This document shows positions 9,250 through 19,687 of a stretch of 64,000 nucleotides of DNA, piece after piece. Source of the stretch: Candidatus Kapaibacterium sp. (lineage in GTDB: Bacteria > Bacteroidota > Ignavibacteria > Kapaibacteriales > UBA2268); the NCBI GenBank assembly GCA_963664875.1, contig OY761611.1, positions 3,456,001-3,520,000 of the forward strand. Direction: 5' to 3'. The number at the start of each line of letters is the position of its first letter. Within the stretch, counting starts at the first letter, position 1. The notes beneath the pieces are model-generated. The model searched no databases, was not told where the DNA came from, and saw only the letters and a program-made list of their open reading frames with translations. The position numbers were made by a program, and so were the translations under genes.

Positions 9250-9999
9250 CTAAGCTTTTTTAATGCTATTGCCTTCAATGACTGGTACTACAGGAAAAGC
9301 ATTTCTTGTTAGGCACAAATCTATGTCAGATTCCATACCGTTTGCTTTTAGTGTTTTTGCATGCTCCCTTGTTTTTATAAAATCGAGCAAATCGAAAGAA
9401 TGCAAATTGTATAAGTTTTTGGCTGCATCTGCGGCATCTGTAAGTAATACATTATCAAATGTTTTGTAAAAATAGTTTATAAATGCTCCGGCACATAAAG
9501 TGTCCTCGTAGGACAGTCTGCCGTTAGTGCCCGCACACATGATACAAATGTCTGCAGTTGTGATAGATTCTTCGTCTGTCAGATAGTTGCTTTTGATGTA
9601 GTCTATAATGCTGTCAATATTTACAAATCCACCAACTACTCGCAATCTCGCATTTTTCCCCTTTTGGAATATTTTTGAACCATTTGTCGTAGAAAGGATT
9701 ACAGATTTGCCTTGAACTGCTTCTTCTGTATATTCTGTTGGGGAATTACCTGCATCAAATCCGCTTGGTTTCTGGCAGTTTCTTTCACCTCCGAGAAAAC
9801 GACTTTCTTTGCTTAGTGAGCTATATACTGATACAGCTTTGTCTAAACTCTCATAAGCCAATACTTCTTTTGCTCCGTTATGCAACGAGGCACAAACTGA
9901 AGAGCCGGCTCTGAGAACGTCAATCATGATTAGTATTTTGTTGTCAAACTGATTGACTGATTCAGGAAAATATGGTGTCAAAAAAGCATCGACTGTCAT
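9250..9999 (-). CDS. comB: 2-phosphosulfolactate phosphatase family protein
   Basis: IDVLRA, GGER...GFDAGNSP, STTNGS, YEDTLCAG motifs. Confidence 0.9.
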   Translation of the reverse strand: MTVDAFLTPYFPESVNQFDNKILIMIDVLRAGSSVCASLHNGAKEVLAYESLDKAVSVYSSLSKESRFLGGERNCQKPSGFDAGNSPTEYTEEAVQGKSVILSTTNGSKIFQKGKNARLRVVGGFVNIDSIIDYIKSNYLTDEESITTADICIMCAGTNGRLSYEDTLCAGAFINYFYKTFDNVLLTDAADAAKNLYNLHSFDLLDFIKTREHAKTLKANGMESDIDLCLTRNAFPVVPVIEGNSIKKA

Positions 10000-10125
10000 T
10001 CTTTACCTATTTTAGCAGTTGTACATAATAAATACGACACTATCGCATTATAGAAGCAAAATAACTAAAAAAATCAAAAATTTTTATTTTGATTTTTGAA
10101 ATTTCCTTTTGCAGGCTAAATAATC

Positions 10126-10133
10126 TATATTTG
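10126..10133 (+). promoter_or_regulatory. Bacteroidota-type -7 promoter element (TAnnTTTG) of the kdsA operon
   Basis: TATATTTG about 75 nt upstream of the kdsA ATG; similar elements precede pyrB (13936), the STAS gene (15953) and yceD (23871). Confidence 0.5.
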
Positions 10134-10207
10134 GCAACTGTATTTCCTAATTTAGTCTTATATTGCAGAAATATAATATTTCAATTTCTAATTCTTATAC
10201 TTATATT

Positions 10208-10984
10208 ATGAATAAACCTTTTGTGATTGCAGGCCCTTGTCTTGCTGAATCTTTTAGTATGCTTGACGAAAGTGCTGCTCTTTTATCTGAACTTAGCCAA
10301 AAATTAAAATTTAAGTTGTATTTTAAAGCGTCTTATCGCAAAGCTAATAGAACAAGCGTTTCTTCTTTCGAAGGAGTAGGCGATGAAATTGCTCTTGGAT
10401 GGATAAAAGAAATTGGTCAAAAATACAATCTCGAAACTATTACTGATATACACGAGTCACAAGATGCCGCCTTTGTTGCAGAATTTGTAGATGTATTGCA
10501 AATACCTGCGTTTTTAGCAAGGCAAACTGCTTTACTAATAGCTGCAGGTGAGACAGGCAAAATTGTTAATATCAAAAAAGCTCAGTTTATGGCTCCGGCT
10601 GACGTAATCAAGGCAGCCGATAAAGTCAAATCTACCGGTAATAACAATATTTGGCTTACAGAACGTGGTACTTTTTTTGGCTATAACAATTTAGTAGTCG
10701 ATTACAGAGGTTTAGTGCAAATGAGACAAAGCGGTTACCCAACAGTCTTTGATGCTACTCATTCTGTGCAGCAACCTTCAATCGGCGAGCAGTCGGGTGG
10801 ATCCCCTGAGTTTATACCTGCTCTTGCTCGTGCTGCTGCTGCTGTTGGGATTGATGGTCTCTTTTTAGAAACACATCCTGACCCTGCTAATGCTAAAAGC
10901 GATGCTGCTACTCAGTTGCCTTTAGGTAAAGTTGAAAACTTTTTGACAGAAATTTTTAGAATACATGAAATTGTTAATCCTTAA
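10208..10984 (+). CDS. kdsA: 3-deoxy-8-phosphooctulonate (KDO8P) synthase
   Basis: IAGPC, FKASYRKANRTS, LQIPAFLARQT, FDATHSVQQP, ETHPDP motifs; ATG at 10208 preferred. Confidence 0.96.
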   Translation: MNKPFVIAGPCLAESFSMLDESAALLSELSQKLKFKLYFKASYRKANRTSVSSFEGVGDEIALGWIKEIGQKYNLETITDIHESQDAAFVAEFVDVLQIPAFLARQTALLIAAGETGKIVNIKKAQFMAPADVIKAADKVKSTGNNNIWLTERGTFFGYNNLVVDYRGLVQMRQSGYPTVFDATHSVQQPSIGEQSGGSPEFIPALARAAAAVGIDGLFLETHPDPANAKSDAATQLPLGKVENFLTEIFRIHEIVNP

Positions 10985-11528
10985 TATTGTTGCTTGGCTT
11001 TTTTTAGCTTCTTGTTCCACCGAATATGATAAAAAACTTGTGGAGGAGGAGACACATGTCCTTCAGGGCGATGTTCCTGATCAGACAAGCCGCAATATTG
11101 AAGTGCTGTTTACTGATTCTAATGTTACTAAAGCTATATTAAAAGCCGGAAGGGCTCGCATCTATTCAAACAGCAGAGAAACTATTTTGGACAGCAGCGT
11201 CTATATAGATTTTTTTGACAGAAAAACCGGCAAAAAAGATAGCTATCTCATTGCTGATTCTGCGAGAATAGATGATGAAACTCAAAATATGGTTGCTGTC
11301 GGAAATGTCTTTTTCAAATCAGACAGTCAGCAATCAAGTTTGAAGACTAATAAGCTTTATTGGAATAATCAGACAAGAAAATTTTATACTGATGAATTTG
11401 TAGTATATGATAACCCTCGAGAGCATTTCGAAGGTTACGGGTTCGAGTCAGATGAGAACCTGACTAATTCTACTATTTACAAAATTTCCAATTCTACCAT
11501 TAACAAAGTATCCGGAGAGCAAAAATGA
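10965..11528 (+). CDS. lptC: LPS export ABC transporter periplasmic protein LptC
   Basis: Lipoprotein-like N-terminus, beta-jellyroll-type motifs (LIADSARID, LKTNKLYWN, GYGFESD); follows kdsA. Confidence 0.75.
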   Translation: MKLLILNIVAWLFLASCSTEYDKKLVEEETHVLQGDVPDQTSRNIEVLFTDSNVTKAILKAGRARIYSNSRETILDSSVYIDFFDRKTGKKDSYLIADSARIDDETQNMVAVGNVFFKSDSQQSSLKTNKLYWNNQTRKFYTDEFVVYDNPREHFEGYGFESDENLTNSTIYKISNSTINKVSGEQK

Positions 11529-12298
11529 AGAAAATGATGATTGCCGGTAACTGGAAGATGAATACCAATATTTTTGAGGCTCAAGTCTTAGCAGAATATA
11601 TTTTTGGCGGTGTTTTGCAAAAGCCCGATCTAAATGTCGAGGTTGTCCTTTGTCCGCCTTTTGTAAATCTATTGACAGTAGCAAACGTGCTGAAAGACAC
11701 AAAAAAAGTACATCTTGGTGCACAGAATTGCTACCACGAAGTAAAAGGTGCTTTCACAGGTGAAATATCTGTACCTATGCTTACTGAAGTAGGGTGCAAA
11801 TATGTTATAATAGGGCATTCCGAAAGACGTACTATTTTTGGCGAATCTGATGAGCTAATCAATAAAAAAGTAAATGCTATAATGGACTATGGCTACAATG
11901 CTATATTATGTATCGGCGAAACTTTAGAAGAACGCAATGCCGGCAAAACGTTTGAAGTGCTGTTTAGACAGCTCGATAAATGCCTCGCAGGCGTACCTAA
12001 TTATAAATTAAGAAATATAGTTATAGCTTACGAACCTGTCTGGGCTATAGGCACGGGTGTAGCTGCTACTGTAGCTCAGGTGGATGAGGCTCATAACAGA
12101 ATCAGAGAACATTTGTTAGAGTCACAAGGCACAGCTGCCAAAGATATGCTTATCCTTTACGGAGGAAGTATGAAACCTGATAACGCTGCCGAATTGCTGG
12201 GACTCGAAAATGTAAACGGTGGTCTCATTGGTGGTGCTGCTCTTGATCCGGAACAGTTCCTAAGTATTATTGAATCAGCAAGGAAAGTTTCCGAATAA
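11525..12298 (+). CDS. tpiA: Triosephosphate isomerase
   Basis: IAGNWKMN, GHSERR, AYEPVWAIGTG, LYGGS motifs. Confidence 0.98.
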   Translation: MKKMMIAGNWKMNTNIFEAQVLAEYIFGGVLQKPDLNVEVVLCPPFVNLLTVANVLKDTKKVHLGAQNCYHEVKGAFTGEISVPMLTEVGCKYVIIGHSERRTIFGESDELINKKVNAIMDYGYNAILCIGETLEERNAGKTFEVLFRQLDKCLAGVPNYKLRNIVIAYEPVWAIGTGVAATVAQVDEAHNRIREHLLESQGTAAKDMLILYGGSMKPDNAAELLGLENVNGGLIGGAALDPEQFLSIIESARKVSE

Positions 12299-12870
12299 TG
12301 AAGTACAATCTGCCAAATATGGTAAGCCTATCGCGAATTGTGATTTCGCCGTTTTTTCTAATGCTTCTGATAAGCGGCGATAAATTCAAGATAAAATTGT
12401 CTGTGTTGCTTTTTGTAGTGGGAGCTATCACTGACTTTCTGGATGGATGGCTTGCCCGCAAATACCATCAGGTGAGCTCTTGGGGCAAATTTTTTGACCC
12501 GCTCGCAGATAAAGTACTCACAACTTCTGCATTTTTAGCATTTGTAATCATGGAGATTGTCCCTCTTTGGATGGTCTCCGTGATAATTCTTCGCGATTTG
12601 GCAACCACATGGCTCAGAAAAATAGGGGAGAGGAAAGGCTCTCCGCTAAATACTTCGAAATCTGCAAAAACAAAAACTTTTATTCAAATGGCTTTTATTG
12701 CTTATATCCTTGTTTTTCTTGCTCTTGATATGTATTCAGTTGTTGCTTCGGTATTTACTTACTGGTTTATGCTTGCTCTCACAGCTTACACAGTATGGAC
12801 ATTAGTAGAGTATTTGCTGAATAACAAAGAAATATTTTTTGCAGGGGGAAGCAACCAAAGTGAAACATAA
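12298..12870 (+). CDS. pgsA: CDP-diacylglycerol--glycerol-3-phosphate 3-phosphatidyltransferase
   Basis: NLPN, TDFLDGWLARK...GKFFDPLADK CDP-alcohol phosphotransferase motif. Confidence 0.92.
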   Translation: MKYNLPNMVSLSRIVISPFFLMLLISGDKFKIKLSVLLFVVGAITDFLDGWLARKYHQVSSWGKFFDPLADKVLTTSAFLAFVIMEIVPLWMVSVIILRDLATTWLRKIGERKGSPLNTSKSAKTKTFIQMAFIAYILVFLALDMYSVVASVFTYWFMLALTAYTVWTLVEYLLNNKEIFFAGGSNQSET

Positions 12871-13351
12871 CTTTTCTCCCAAATACCTATTTGTTACTCT
12901 TTTAGGGAGTGGATACCTCCCCAAAGCACCCGGTAGCTGGGGCAGTTTGCTTGCAGTGTTGCCTGCGTGTTTTGATATACCATATATCAGGTATATTTTT
13001 CTACTGTTTTTTCTCTTCAGTTGGCTATCTGTTCCTATAATAAATTCGATTGAAAAAGAAACTCACAACGACCCCGGTTTTATTGTTATTGATGAAGCGA
13101 TGGGGATTTGGTTTATCTTTATTTCGCCTTATATTCCCCATAAAATAATTTACATTTTTATTGGGTTTCTGCTTTTTAGAATTTTTGATATTCTGAAGCC
13201 CTATCCCTGCAGCGTGCTAAATCGGCAAAAAGGCGGAGTGTATGTCATGTTAGACGACTTGTTTGCAGCAATTTACGCTTCTATTGCATTGCATTTGCTA
13301 ATTATGGCAGAAAATATTTTTGGATTTTTTAACTTAATTAAGTTAATATAG
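12860..13351 (+). CDS. pgpA: Phosphatidylglycerophosphatase A
   Basis: GSGYLPKAPGSWGS, DPGFIVIDE, FRIFDILKPYP, MLDDLFA; GTG start at 12860 likely. Confidence 0.92.
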   Translation: MKHNFSPKYLFVTLLGSGYLPKAPGSWGSLLAVLPACFDIPYIRYIFLLFFLFSWLSVPIINSIEKETHNDPGFIVIDEAMGIWFIFISPYIPHKIIYIFIGFLLFRIFDILKPYPCSVLNRQKGGVYVMLDDLFAAIYASIALHLLIMAENIFGFFNLIKLI

Positions 13352-13607
13352 TCTTAAAAATTAGAAAAGTAACAGACTAAAATATGCCAAAATAGTTATG
13401 ACATAGCTCTCAAAGCTATACCTTGTGTCCAAATGTTAAGAGAAAAAATAATAACAAATCCCTAACAAAATTTAATACTACCCTAAACCCTTACAAAATA
13501 AAAGAAAAAAAGAAAAAAAAATACTTGCACACTTTGGACAAAACTTATATCTTGCGGTCATAATAAATCAATAATCAGTTTTCTCATCTTATTAATCAGA
13601 GGTTCTC

Positions 13608-13889
13608 ATGAGTATGAACAAGACCGACTTAATCAATGCAGTAGCTGAAAAAGCTCAAATGACTAAAGTTGATGCAGAAAAAGCAATCAAAGCTACTTTT
13701 GATGCTATTACTAATGAATTGTCTCAAGGTGGTAAAATCACTTTAATCGGTTTCGGTACTTTCGAAGTTCAAGAAAGAAAAGAAAGAACAGGCAAAAACC
13801 CACAAACCGGTGCTACAATGACTATTCCTGCTAAAAAGGTTCCTAAATTCAAACCGGGCAAAGCATTGAAAGATGTTGTAGAAAAATAA
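13608..13889 (+). CDS. hup: DNA-binding protein HU
   Basis: MNKTDLINAVAEK...GFGTF...GKNPQTG...PKFKPGKALKD. Confidence 0.96.
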   Translation: MSMNKTDLINAVAEKAQMTKVDAEKAIKATFDAITNELSQGGKITLIGFGTFEVQERKERTGKNPQTGATMTIPAKKVPKFKPGKALKDVVEK

Positions 13890-13901
13890 ATTTTGATGTT
13901 G

Positions 13902-13936
13902 AAAAAAAGCCGCTTATTCTTAAGCGGCTTTTTTTT
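13902..13936 (+). terminator. Intrinsic terminator after HU
   Basis: aaaaaaagccgctta-ttct-taagcggcttttttt. Confidence 0.85.
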
Positions 13937-13979
13937 ATATTTGAAAGATTTATTTAATGTCAATCTATGGAAAAACGCC

Positions 13980-14906
13980 ATGAGTAAGGAACTGACGCTG
14001 TCCAAACCGTACCTCATTCAGGCAGACGACCTGACCCGTGAAGATATTTACAATGTATTTGAAAAAGCTCAATTCTTCATGGACAATTATAAAAGAGGGG
14101 AAAAATTTGATGACCTCAAGGGCATCACTGTTGCATTAGCATTTTTTGAAAATTCCACTCGTACAAAAATTTCTTTCGAACTCGCTGCAAAAAGACTTTC
14201 CGCAGACACTTTCTCATTTCAATCTTCTTCATCCAGCTTAAAAAAAGGGGAATCCCTTATCGATACTCTCAGAACTATCGAAGCTATGGGTGTGCAGATG
14301 TATGTAGTGCGTCACGGAAATTCAGGCGTTCCGAAATTTTTGCAGGAAAATACTGACGGTGTAGTGCTTAATGCCGGCGACGGCAAACATGAGCACCCGA
14401 CTCAGGCTATCTTAGATACCTTTACTCTTTACAGACATTTCGGCAAATTCGAAGGTCTTAAAGTATGTATTGTTGGCGATATTCTACACAGCCGCGTTGC
14501 AAGATCTAACATCACCACTCTAAAAACTCTTGGTGCTGAAGTTGCTGTTTGTGGCCCTGGTACTTTGCTCCCACGTCATTTGAACATTTGGGATGTACAG
14601 TTTATCGAAAACGTAGATGATGCTGTCGAATGGGCTGATGTTTTGCTCGTGCTTAGACTCCAAAGAGAAAGAATGGAATCTGGTATTCTGCCTTCTCTCA
14701 GAGAGTTCTCTAACTACTACGGTGTCAATTTTGAACATTTCAGCAGAAAGCCTGAGCTTGTGCTTATGCACCCGGGTCCTGTGAATTACGGTGTAGAGCT
14801 CGACTATAAAGTTAGCTCATACCCTAACTGCCTGATTGAAACTCAGGTAACTCACGGTGTTTATACCCGCATGGCTTTATTGTCGCTTCTTGCTAAGAAT
14901 GTTTAA
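13980..14906 (+). CDS. pyrB: Aspartate carbamoyltransferase catalytic subunit
   Basis: FFENSTRT, NAGDGKHEHPTQAILD, GDILHSRVARS, LRLQRER, MHPGP; ATG at 13980. Confidence 0.97.
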   Translation: MSKELTLSKPYLIQADDLTREDIYNVFEKAQFFMDNYKRGEKFDDLKGITVALAFFENSTRTKISFELAAKRLSADTFSFQSSSSSLKKGESLIDTLRTIEAMGVQMYVVRHGNSGVPKFLQENTDGVVLNAGDGKHEHPTQAILDTFTLYRHFGKFEGLKVCIVGDILHSRVARSNITTLKTLGAEVAVCGPGTLLPRHLNIWDVQFIENVDDAVEWADVLLVLRLQRERMESGILPSLREFSNYYGVNFEHFSRKPELVLMHPGPVNYGVELDYKVSSYPNCLIETQVTHGVYTRMALLSLLAKNV

Positions 14907-14968
14907 ATATTAATGTAACTTTTTTAGTAATTCTGCACTCTTAGAGATATCTTTAAGAGTGCTTTTTT

Positions 14969-15850
14969 TTGCAAAATGCAAGATTACGTGGATTGGAAAA
15001 TATCTGGACTATACTTGATATTATTAACTGGGGCAAGACTTTTTTTGAATCTAAAAATGTCGATTCGCCCAGATTATCTGTGGAACTTATCCTTTGCCAT
15101 GTATTGGGTAATTCTCGCATGGAGCTATATACTAAGTTCGACAAACCGCTGAACGATGAAGAGCTAAAAAAAATAAAAGAAGCTGCAATCGAAAGAGCAA
15201 AAGGAAAGCCTTTGCAGCATCTTATTGGCAAGACTTCTTTTATTGACTACGAAATCAAATGCTCGGCTGATGCCCTAATCCCGCGTCCCGAAACGGAATT
15301 TTTAGCAGATTGGGCTATCAAAGACTTTAGTGGTTGCGACGTGCATAATATTCTTGACATTGGCACCGGAAGCGGCTGTATTGCTATTGCCATGGCTGAC
15401 AATTTCAAATCAGCAAAAGTTTTTGCTATCGATGTCTCTACTGAGGCGCTCAAACTTGCAAAAGAAAATGCTGAATCAAACAAAATAGATAATATCTATT
15501 TCAAAAATATCGACATTTTGGAACAAACTGCAAAACATAACAAATTTGAGATAATAATTTCCAATCCTCCTTACATCCCTATAGATGAATATCATACGCT
15601 GGAGTCAGTGGTGAAAGACCATGAGCCGAAAATATCTTTGACAGACGGAAAAGATGGCATGACTTTTTATAAAAGATATTCTGAGATATTCGGAGAAATG
15701 CTTACAGATGAGGGTTGCTTTTATCTCGAAATCGGACACAATCAGGCAGAAGCAGTAAATTCTCTTTTTAGCTCCAAAGGTTATAAAACGGAACTGAAAA
15801 AGGATTTAGCAGGAATTTACAGAATGATTAAAGGCAAAAAATGCAGTTAA
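14969..15850 (+). CDS. prmC: Release factor glutamine N5-methyltransferase
   Basis: ALIPRPETE, LDIGTGSGCIAI, SNPPYI; start may be TTG at 14993. Confidence 0.95.
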   Translation: MQNARLRGLENIWTILDIINWGKTFFESKNVDSPRLSVELILCHVLGNSRMELYTKFDKPLNDEELKKIKEAAIERAKGKPLQHLIGKTSFIDYEIKCSADALIPRPETEFLADWAIKDFSGCDVHNILDIGTGSGCIAIAMADNFKSAKVFAIDVSTEALKLAKENAESNKIDNIYFKNIDILEQTAKHNKFEIIISNPPYIPIDEYHTLESVVKDHEPKISLTDGKDGMTFYKRYSEIFGEMLTDEGCFYLEIGHNQAEAVNSLFSSKGYKTELKKDLAGIYRMIKGKKCS

Positions 15851-16017
15851 GATTGTGTAAAGCTGCAGTTAAGCAGCTTGGTATGTGGAAAAAAAAGAGC
15901 CTAAATGCAAGGCTTGCAAAGAAATAATTATGCTTATTTAGAAATTATTTTATAGTTTTGAAAACTGTATTACTTATATATGGCAAATTGTGTTTTTTAC
16001 ACTAAGGTAGTTAACGT

Positions 16018-16362
16018 ATGTCTCAAGTAAAAATTGAACAACAAATCGGCGGCGCCGTCCTTGCACTGAGCGGACAGTTCATTGGCGGAGAAGAAACCGA
16101 TCAGCTAAAAGATGCTTTGAATCAGCTTTCTAATCAGGACACAAAAAAACTTGTGATAGACCTGAAGAATACCAAATACCTCAATTCGACTGCTTTGGGT
16201 ATTCTGATAGCGGCTCACACAAACTTTGTGAAAAGAGACGGAAAAATTGTACTTGCCAACATCAGCAAGTCAATCGAAAATATCTTTATTATCACAAAAT
16301 TGACGGTTGTATTCAATATAGCCGACTCTGTAGAAGAAGCAATTAAATCTTTGTCTAATTAA
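16018..16362 (+). CDS. STAS domain anti-sigma factor antagonist
   Basis: LVIDLKNTKYLNSTALGILI phosphoacceptor motif; 114 aa. Confidence 0.88.
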   Translation: MSQVKIEQQIGGAVLALSGQFIGGEETDQLKDALNQLSNQDTKKLVIDLKNTKYLNSTALGILIAAHTNFVKRDGKIVLANISKSIENIFIITKLTVVFNIADSVEEAIKSLSN

Positions 16363-16382
16363 TATAAAAAGTGAGAGGTGTT

Positions 16383-17165
16383 ATGAAAAACCTTTTTAAT
16401 GTTCTAGTGATCGTGTTGTCACTGCTCGCAGCATACTTGTTCTATTACCTTGTAATGGGTAACCCTGCAAACTTTAATGACCCTGAAACTAAACACGAAC
16501 CTAAAGTTGGTAACGTGCTTGGTACTATCTACACAGGCGGTCCGCTTGTAGGTCTTTTGCTTTCTTTCGTTCTTATCTCTATTACTTTTACAATCGAACG
16601 TCAGTTAGTTATGGCTAAAGCTAAAGGTAAAGGCGCTCCTGAAAAATTCATCAAAGAAGTTACTTCTTTGTTGGAACAAGGCAAATTAGATGAAGCTTTA
16701 GATGCTTGCGAAAAACAACGTGGCTCTATGGCTAGTGTACTTCGCTCAGCTATCGCTCGTTTTAAAGAAATCGAAAACGATTCTGAATACTCTACTGAAA
16801 AGAAAATTGCTGAAGTTCAAAGAGCTATAGACGAATCTATGAACTTAGAAACTCCACTTTTGGAAAAAAATCTTGTGTTCCTTTCTACAATCGCATCTAT
16901 CTCTACGATGATCGGTTTGTTGGGTACTACTCTTGGTATGATTCGTGCATTCCAGGCTTTGGCAGAATCAGGTACTGTATCAGCTACTCAGCTTTCTATC
17001 GGTATCTCTGAAGCACTTTACAACACTGCCGGTGGTCTTTTGGGTGCGGTAATTTCTATCATTGCGTATAACTTCTTTACTACTAAAGTAGATAACTTCG
17101 TTTACATGATCGATGAAGCTATCTTGAATGTAACTCAGATATTTACCGTAAGAATCAAAAAATAA
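16383..17165 (+). CDS. exbB: MotA/TolQ/ExbB proton channel family protein
   Basis: LSTIASISTMIGLLGTTLGMIRAF, GISEALYNTAGGL. Confidence 0.92.
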   Translation: MKNLFNVLVIVLSLLAAYLFYYLVMGNPANFNDPETKHEPKVGNVLGTIYTGGPLVGLLLSFVLISITFTIERQLVMAKAKGKGAPEKFIKEVTSLLEQGKLDEALDACEKQRGSMASVLRSAIARFKEIENDSEYSTEKKIAEVQRAIDESMNLETPLLEKNLVFLSTIASISTMIGLLGTTLGMIRAFQALAESGTVSATQLSIGISEALYNTAGGLLGAVISIIAYNFFTTKVDNFVYMIDEAILNVTQIFTVRIKK

Positions 17166-17182
17166 TTTAGAAGGAGTCTTCT

Positions 17183-17701
17183 GTGCCTAAAATTAAGAAG
17201 AAAAGAGTCGGCTTCGTTATCGATATGACTCCATTGGTGGACATCACTTTCCTTCTGCTTACTTTCTTCATGTTTACTGCTAAGTTCAAAACTGAAGCAG
17301 AAAGTGAGCAAAAGTTCGTGGTGCAACGACCACAGGCATCAGCAGATACTTCTAAAGTGCCCGAGCACAATTTGGCTGTAATTTATGTCTCTATCGACTC
17401 GGCTTCTTCTGATACTGTCTATCATTATGCAGTTATCAATGAAGCAGACCGCCAGAGTGTTTACAGCAATATGTCCGAACAGCTGACTCCTGACCAACAG
17501 CAACAAGCTATGCTCAGAGTCGAAAATTTGGACCTCTTGGAAACTTTAATTAAGCAAACTCGTGGGGCTAACCCCAAAACCGAATTTGCAGTTGATGCTG
17601 ATCATAGAATCGAATTCAAATGGGTCGATGATGCCATGGAGCGCCTAAGACGTTCGCAAGCAACAGTGTTTAACTATGTAACTGAGAAAAAAGGCGCTTA
17701 A
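17183..17701 (+). CDS. exbD: Biopolymer transporter ExbD
   Basis: IDMTPLVDITFLLLTFFM motif; GTG start. Confidence 0.9.
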   Translation: MPKIKKKRVGFVIDMTPLVDITFLLLTFFMFTAKFKTEAESEQKFVVQRPQASADTSKVPEHNLAVIYVSIDSASSDTVYHYAVINEADRQSVYSNMSEQLTPDQQQQAMLRVENLDLLETLIKQTRGANPKTEFAVDADHRIEFKWVDDAMERLRRSQATVFNYVTEKKGA

Positions 17702-17800
17702 TTGATTTTTGTGTCTTGGCTCTCTATAGAAAAAAATATGTAACTTTTTTTTGTTGCATAGTGTCTAACTAAAAAAGATAATATTTAAAGGAGAATAATT

Positions 17801-18412
17801 ATGGCTGGTGGCGGTGGTGCCCTCGGTGTAGAAAGATCGAAGAGGGGGAAAGCTTCGAAGCGTAAAAAAATGAAACGCGTCGGTTTTCACCTCGATATGA
17901 CTCCTTTGGTGGATATCACATTCCTGTTGCTGACATTCTTTATGTTTACTACAACTATGGCAGCTCCACAGGTAATGGAAATGTCTATACCGCCTGAAAG
18001 GGAAGAAGAAGTTAAAGTTCGTATGACCGAATTGCTTTCTTTCTTCGTTTTTCACGAAGTAAACCCTACAACAGGCAAAGGTGTTGATAAATTCTACTGG
18101 AGAATCGGTACAGAACCTATGGAACCGATTAAACTTAACGAAGTAAAAGATTTGGCTTTCAGAGAAAATACTTCTAACAGAATAGAACCTAATAAATTGA
18201 TTTTTGCTCTAAAAGTAGATAATAACGCTAACTACGGTGTTGTTGTTAATATTCTTGACGAACTTAATCTGGCTGAAGCTATGATTATGGAAGAATACGC
18301 TAAGAAAACTGACGAAACCGGAAAACCTCTTAAAAGAGAAAGAAGGTTTACTATCGCAAAAATCACTGAAGAAGAAATGGTTGAATTGCAAGCTATGGGA
18401 GGGCAAGAATAA
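17801..18412 (+). CDS. exbD: Biopolymer transporter ExbD (second)
   Basis: LDMTPLVDITFLLLTFFMFTT motif. Confidence 0.9.
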   Translation: MAGGGGALGVERSKRGKASKRKKMKRVGFHLDMTPLVDITFLLLTFFMFTTTMAAPQVMEMSIPPEREEEVKVRMTELLSFFVFHEVNPTTGKGVDKFYWRIGTEPMEPIKLNEVKDLAFRENTSNRIEPNKLIFALKVDNNANYGVVVNILDELNLAEAMIMEEYAKKTDETGKPLKRERRFTIAKITEEEMVELQAMGGQE

Positions 18413-19194
18413 TGGCTGTTGTTGTAACTATGCCTGAACGTCATACCTATGGTGCGGTTGAGATAAAACAACTGATCAGAAAATACACTATCAGAGGCTT
18501 TATCTATACCATTCTCATTTTTGGTCTTACTATGGGAGCTTACCTTGCGTCGGTTACTATCGAAGCCGGCTCAGGTAAAAAGATGAAACTTGCTCCTATT
18601 CAAAAAATTAAACTCGATCAGTTGCCTCCTCCACAATCTGATGCTCCTGCGGAAGCTCCGCCTCCACAGCAGATCCAGCAGATTGTGCATTCAGGTCCGG
18701 CTGCTCGTGCGGGTACTCCTGTGCCGGTGCCGGATGCTGAGATTACTCCTGATATGCAGGACTTCGCTACTATTGACGTAATGTCCAGAGCTTCTTCCGA
18801 AGGTGGCGATGGCGTGGATCTTGGTGGTTTTGCTGACAATATCGATTTCGATGCAAAAGATATCAAAGTTCAGGCTCCTGTAGAAGAACCGGATCCGGAT
18901 GAATTTATTGCTGTTGAAGAAGAAGCTAACTTAGATCTTCCTTCTTTGCAGAAAGTTGTAAAATATCCTGACTTGGCTCGACGTGCAGGTGTAGAAGGTA
19001 CTGTATATGTGAAAGTTCTTATTGGTAAAGACGGCAAACCTAAGAAAACACTTATTGAGCATAGCGATAACGAATTGCTCAATAAAGCGGCTCAGGAAGC
19101 TGTTATGAAATACCGTGGCTACACTCCGGGTATCCAAAACGGTAACCCTATACAGATGTGGATTTCTATTCCAATCGAGTTTAGATTAAACTAA
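18412..19194 (+). CDS. tonB: Energy transducer TonB
   Basis: N-terminal TM anchor, Pro-rich linker, YPDLARRAGVEGTVYV TonB C-terminal domain. Confidence 0.92.
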   Translation: MAVVVTMPERHTYGAVEIKQLIRKYTIRGFIYTILIFGLTMGAYLASVTIEAGSGKKMKLAPIQKIKLDQLPPPQSDAPAEAPPPQQIQQIVHSGPAARAGTPVPVPDAEITPDMQDFATIDVMSRASSEGGDGVDLGGFADNIDFDAKDIKVQAPVEEPDPDEFIAVEEEANLDLPSLQKVVKYPDLARRAGVEGTVYVKVLIGKDGKPKKTLIEHSDNELLNKAAQEAVMKYRGYTPGIQNGNPIQMWISIPIEFRLN

Positions 19195-19298
19195 TATGTT
19201 TTTGGCAGCAGCATCGCTTCTCAAATAGAGGCGATGCCTGCCCAAAACATAAAACTTAACATTGGTCAGACAAAAACCAAAAATGTGTATGACAAAAC

Positions 19299-19337
19299 AA
19301 AAAGTATAATATGTTTTTCCAAAGTATTATACTTTTT
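19299..19337 (+). terminator. Terminator-like hairpin after tonB (preceded by a longer hairpin at 19195-19251)
   Basis: aaaagtataata...tattatacttttt. Confidence 0.5.
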
Positions 19338-19390
19338 ATTTTGCCACAACCAAGGCAAACCAATTTTCCAAACTACAAGCTGATTGTTTA

Positions 19391-19672
19391 ATGAAAACTG
19401 CAGATAGCAAAAGAAAAAGTTTTGATTTCGATTTGATTATGAAAGTAATCAATTACTCTCTCAGGTCATTTATTTTGATACTCGGGATAGTTTTTGCTCT
19501 CGGTCTTATCGAAATGCAGAATATGGATCCTACTATGGTCAGAGTCTTTGGCGGTATCATGATTCTTTTCGGTGCTTACAGATTATCTATGTACCACCTG
19601 ATAGTCAAAAGACAGGCTATCGAAGAAAAATATGCGGAATTGGACGAAGAAAGAGACAATCTCGATAACTAA
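19391..19672 (+). CDS. Small two-TM hypothetical membrane protein
   Basis: Two hydrophobic segments, GGIMILFGAYR; operon context. Confidence 0.7.
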   Translation: MKTADSKRKSFDFDLIMKVINYSLRSFILILGIVFALGLIEMQNMDPTMVRVFGGIMILFGAYRLSMYHLIVKRQAIEEKYAELDEERDNLDN

Positions 19673-19687
19673 TTAAACAACTACCTG

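Noticed and set aside
11438-11452. GGTTCGA T-loop-like words (also near 29090)
   Set aside because: They lie inside lptC and fabF coding frames with no cloverleaf; no tRNA was found in the window
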